Positions 62,943 to 64,000 of a DNA stretch of 64,000 nucleotides are shown piece by piece. Position 1 is the first letter of the stretch. Every line of letters begins with the position of its first letter. Source of the DNA: a bacterium (lineage in GTDB: Bacteria > SM23-31). Under the pieces are notes generated by a model. The model ran no database searches. It saw only the letters and a list, made by a program, of their open reading frames with translations, and was not told the DNA's origin. The position numbers and the translations under genes are program-made. The stretch lies in NCBI GenBank assembly GCA_965221205.1, contig OZ244870.1:1038065-1102064 (forward strand), read 5' to 3'.

Positions 62943-64000
62943 CTACTCGTACGCAACTTCTCCGTGCAACACATCATCAACACCAATCTCTTCTTCTTCT
63001 TTTGAAACTTTGACAGGTGTAATGAAATTGATCACTTTCAGCATGATATACGTGAAGGCAAAACAGTAAATGCCGACAACAAGCACCGCAACGGTTTCAG
63101 TTATGAAAAAGCCGAATCCGCCACCAGTAAAAAGCCCGTTTGTCTCAACAACCGGATTCACGGCGTTTGATGCAAACATACCAAGCATAATAATTCCGAG
63201 CGTACCGCCGACACCGTGAACTCCCCATACATCGAGGGCATCATCCCATTGCAATTTATTCTTGAGAGCTACCGCAAAATAGCAGATACCGCCGGCTGCA
63301 ATTCCAATGATTGCCGCGCTGCTGACAGACACAAATCCTGCGGCAGGTGTGATTGTTGCCAGCCCGGCAATTGCTCCGGTAAGAAGTCCGACAAATTTGG
63401 GCTTATTCTCAAGAAACCATGAAAAAATAAGCCACGTTATAGCGGCAAACGAGGCAGCGACATCGGTATTAATGAATGCTATTGCAGTGATATTGTCGAC
63501 TTGGAGCTGACTCCCCGCATTAAAACCGTACCACCCGAACCAGAGCAGACCGGTACCAAGAGCGACCAGAGGAATGCTGTGGGGACCTCGATCTTTAACT
63601 TTTCTTCTGCCAACATAAAAGACCGATGCGAGCGCTGCCATACCAGCGCTTGCATGCACAACAATGCCACCCGCAAAATCAAGGACTCCCATTTTGGCAA
63701 GGAGACCGCCGCCCCATACCATATGTACGAGCGGGAAATATACAAACAACAGCCATAGAGTCAGAAACAGCATATATGCAGGAAATCGGACACGGTTCGT
63801 GAAAGCACCGGTAATCAACGCAGGAGTGATAATGGCAAACATCATCTGGTACGCAACGAAAACATACAGTGGTATGGCATTATTTCCGGTAAAAACATCA
63901 TTTACCGATGTCCCCGCCAGAAATGCAAGATCCAAATTGCCGATTAATCCGCCTTCACCACCGCTGAAACAGAGCGAGTACCCGCAGACAAACCACAATA
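62943..64000 (-). CDS. Ammonium transporter (Amt family), 5' end beyond the window
   Basis: Polytopic membrane protein with FAGGIVVHASAGMAALAS and GTLGIIMLGMFAS Amt-like motifs; frame is open to the window edge. Confidence 0.85.
   Translation of the reverse strand, partial: LWFVCGYSLCFSGGEGGLIGNLDLAFLAGTSVNDVFTGNNAIPLYVFVAYQMMFAIITPALITGAFTNRVRFPAYMLFLTLWLLFVYFPLVHMVWGGGLLAKMGVLDFAGGIVVHASAGMAALASVFYVGRRKVKDRGPHSIPLVALGTGLLWFGWYGFNAGSQLQVDNITAIAFINTDVAASFAAITWLIFSWFLENKPKFVGLLTGAIAGLATITPAAGFVSVSSAAIIGIAAGGICYFAVALKNKLQWDDALDVWGVHGVGGTLGIIMLGMFASNAVNPVVETNGLFTGGGFGFFITETVAVLVVGIYCFAFTYIMLKVINFITPVKVSKEEEEIGVDDVLHGEVAYE

Noticed and set aside
1-64000. Alternative genetic code with UGA as a sense codon, to explain in-frame TGAs
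   Set aside because: Many well-supported genes end in TGA (for example 5358-5360, 17492-17494, 36408-36410, 37745-37747), so UGA is a normal stop here

Overview
This 64 kb window looks like a bacterial chromosomal segment with roughly 40-45% GC housekeeping genes (ECF sigma/anti-sigma plus ABC transporter operon, S9, M24 and M20 peptidases, three tandem amidohydrolases, Tat-exported Fe/Mn superoxide dismutase, thyX, hspQ, a partial ammonium transporter) interleaved with an unusual density of defence and mobile DNA. The main result is two separate Type III restriction-modification loci that each carry a TIR-like gene between res and mod. Locus 1 (56-5360, + strand) holds a DUF1863/ThsB-like TIR-like ORF, broken by two in-frame stops, plus a small two-TM SLATT-like protein. 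Locus 2 (33598-40133, - strand) sits in a GC-rich island (about 32700-40140) and holds a COG4271-type TIR-like protein and a HepT/MntA toxin-antitoxin pair, all translationally coupled, next to phage terminase and primase remnants. There are also two Type II R-M cassettes (a BglII/BamHI-family pair at 16541-18105, and a frameshifted methyltransferase plus putative nuclease at 54859-56436), a candidate ArsC/Spx-family selenoprotein with an in-frame UGA at the redox-motif position (51079-51426), a tRNA-like element beside an iteron-like AT-rich region, and a 75 bp tandem promoter duplication. Many genes are disrupted; several frameshifts sit in short homopolymers, so sequencing error versus real decay or phase variation cannot be decided from sequence alone. 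No rRNA or CRISPR array was found. All calls rest on reading the ORF translations and sequence by eye; no database search was run.
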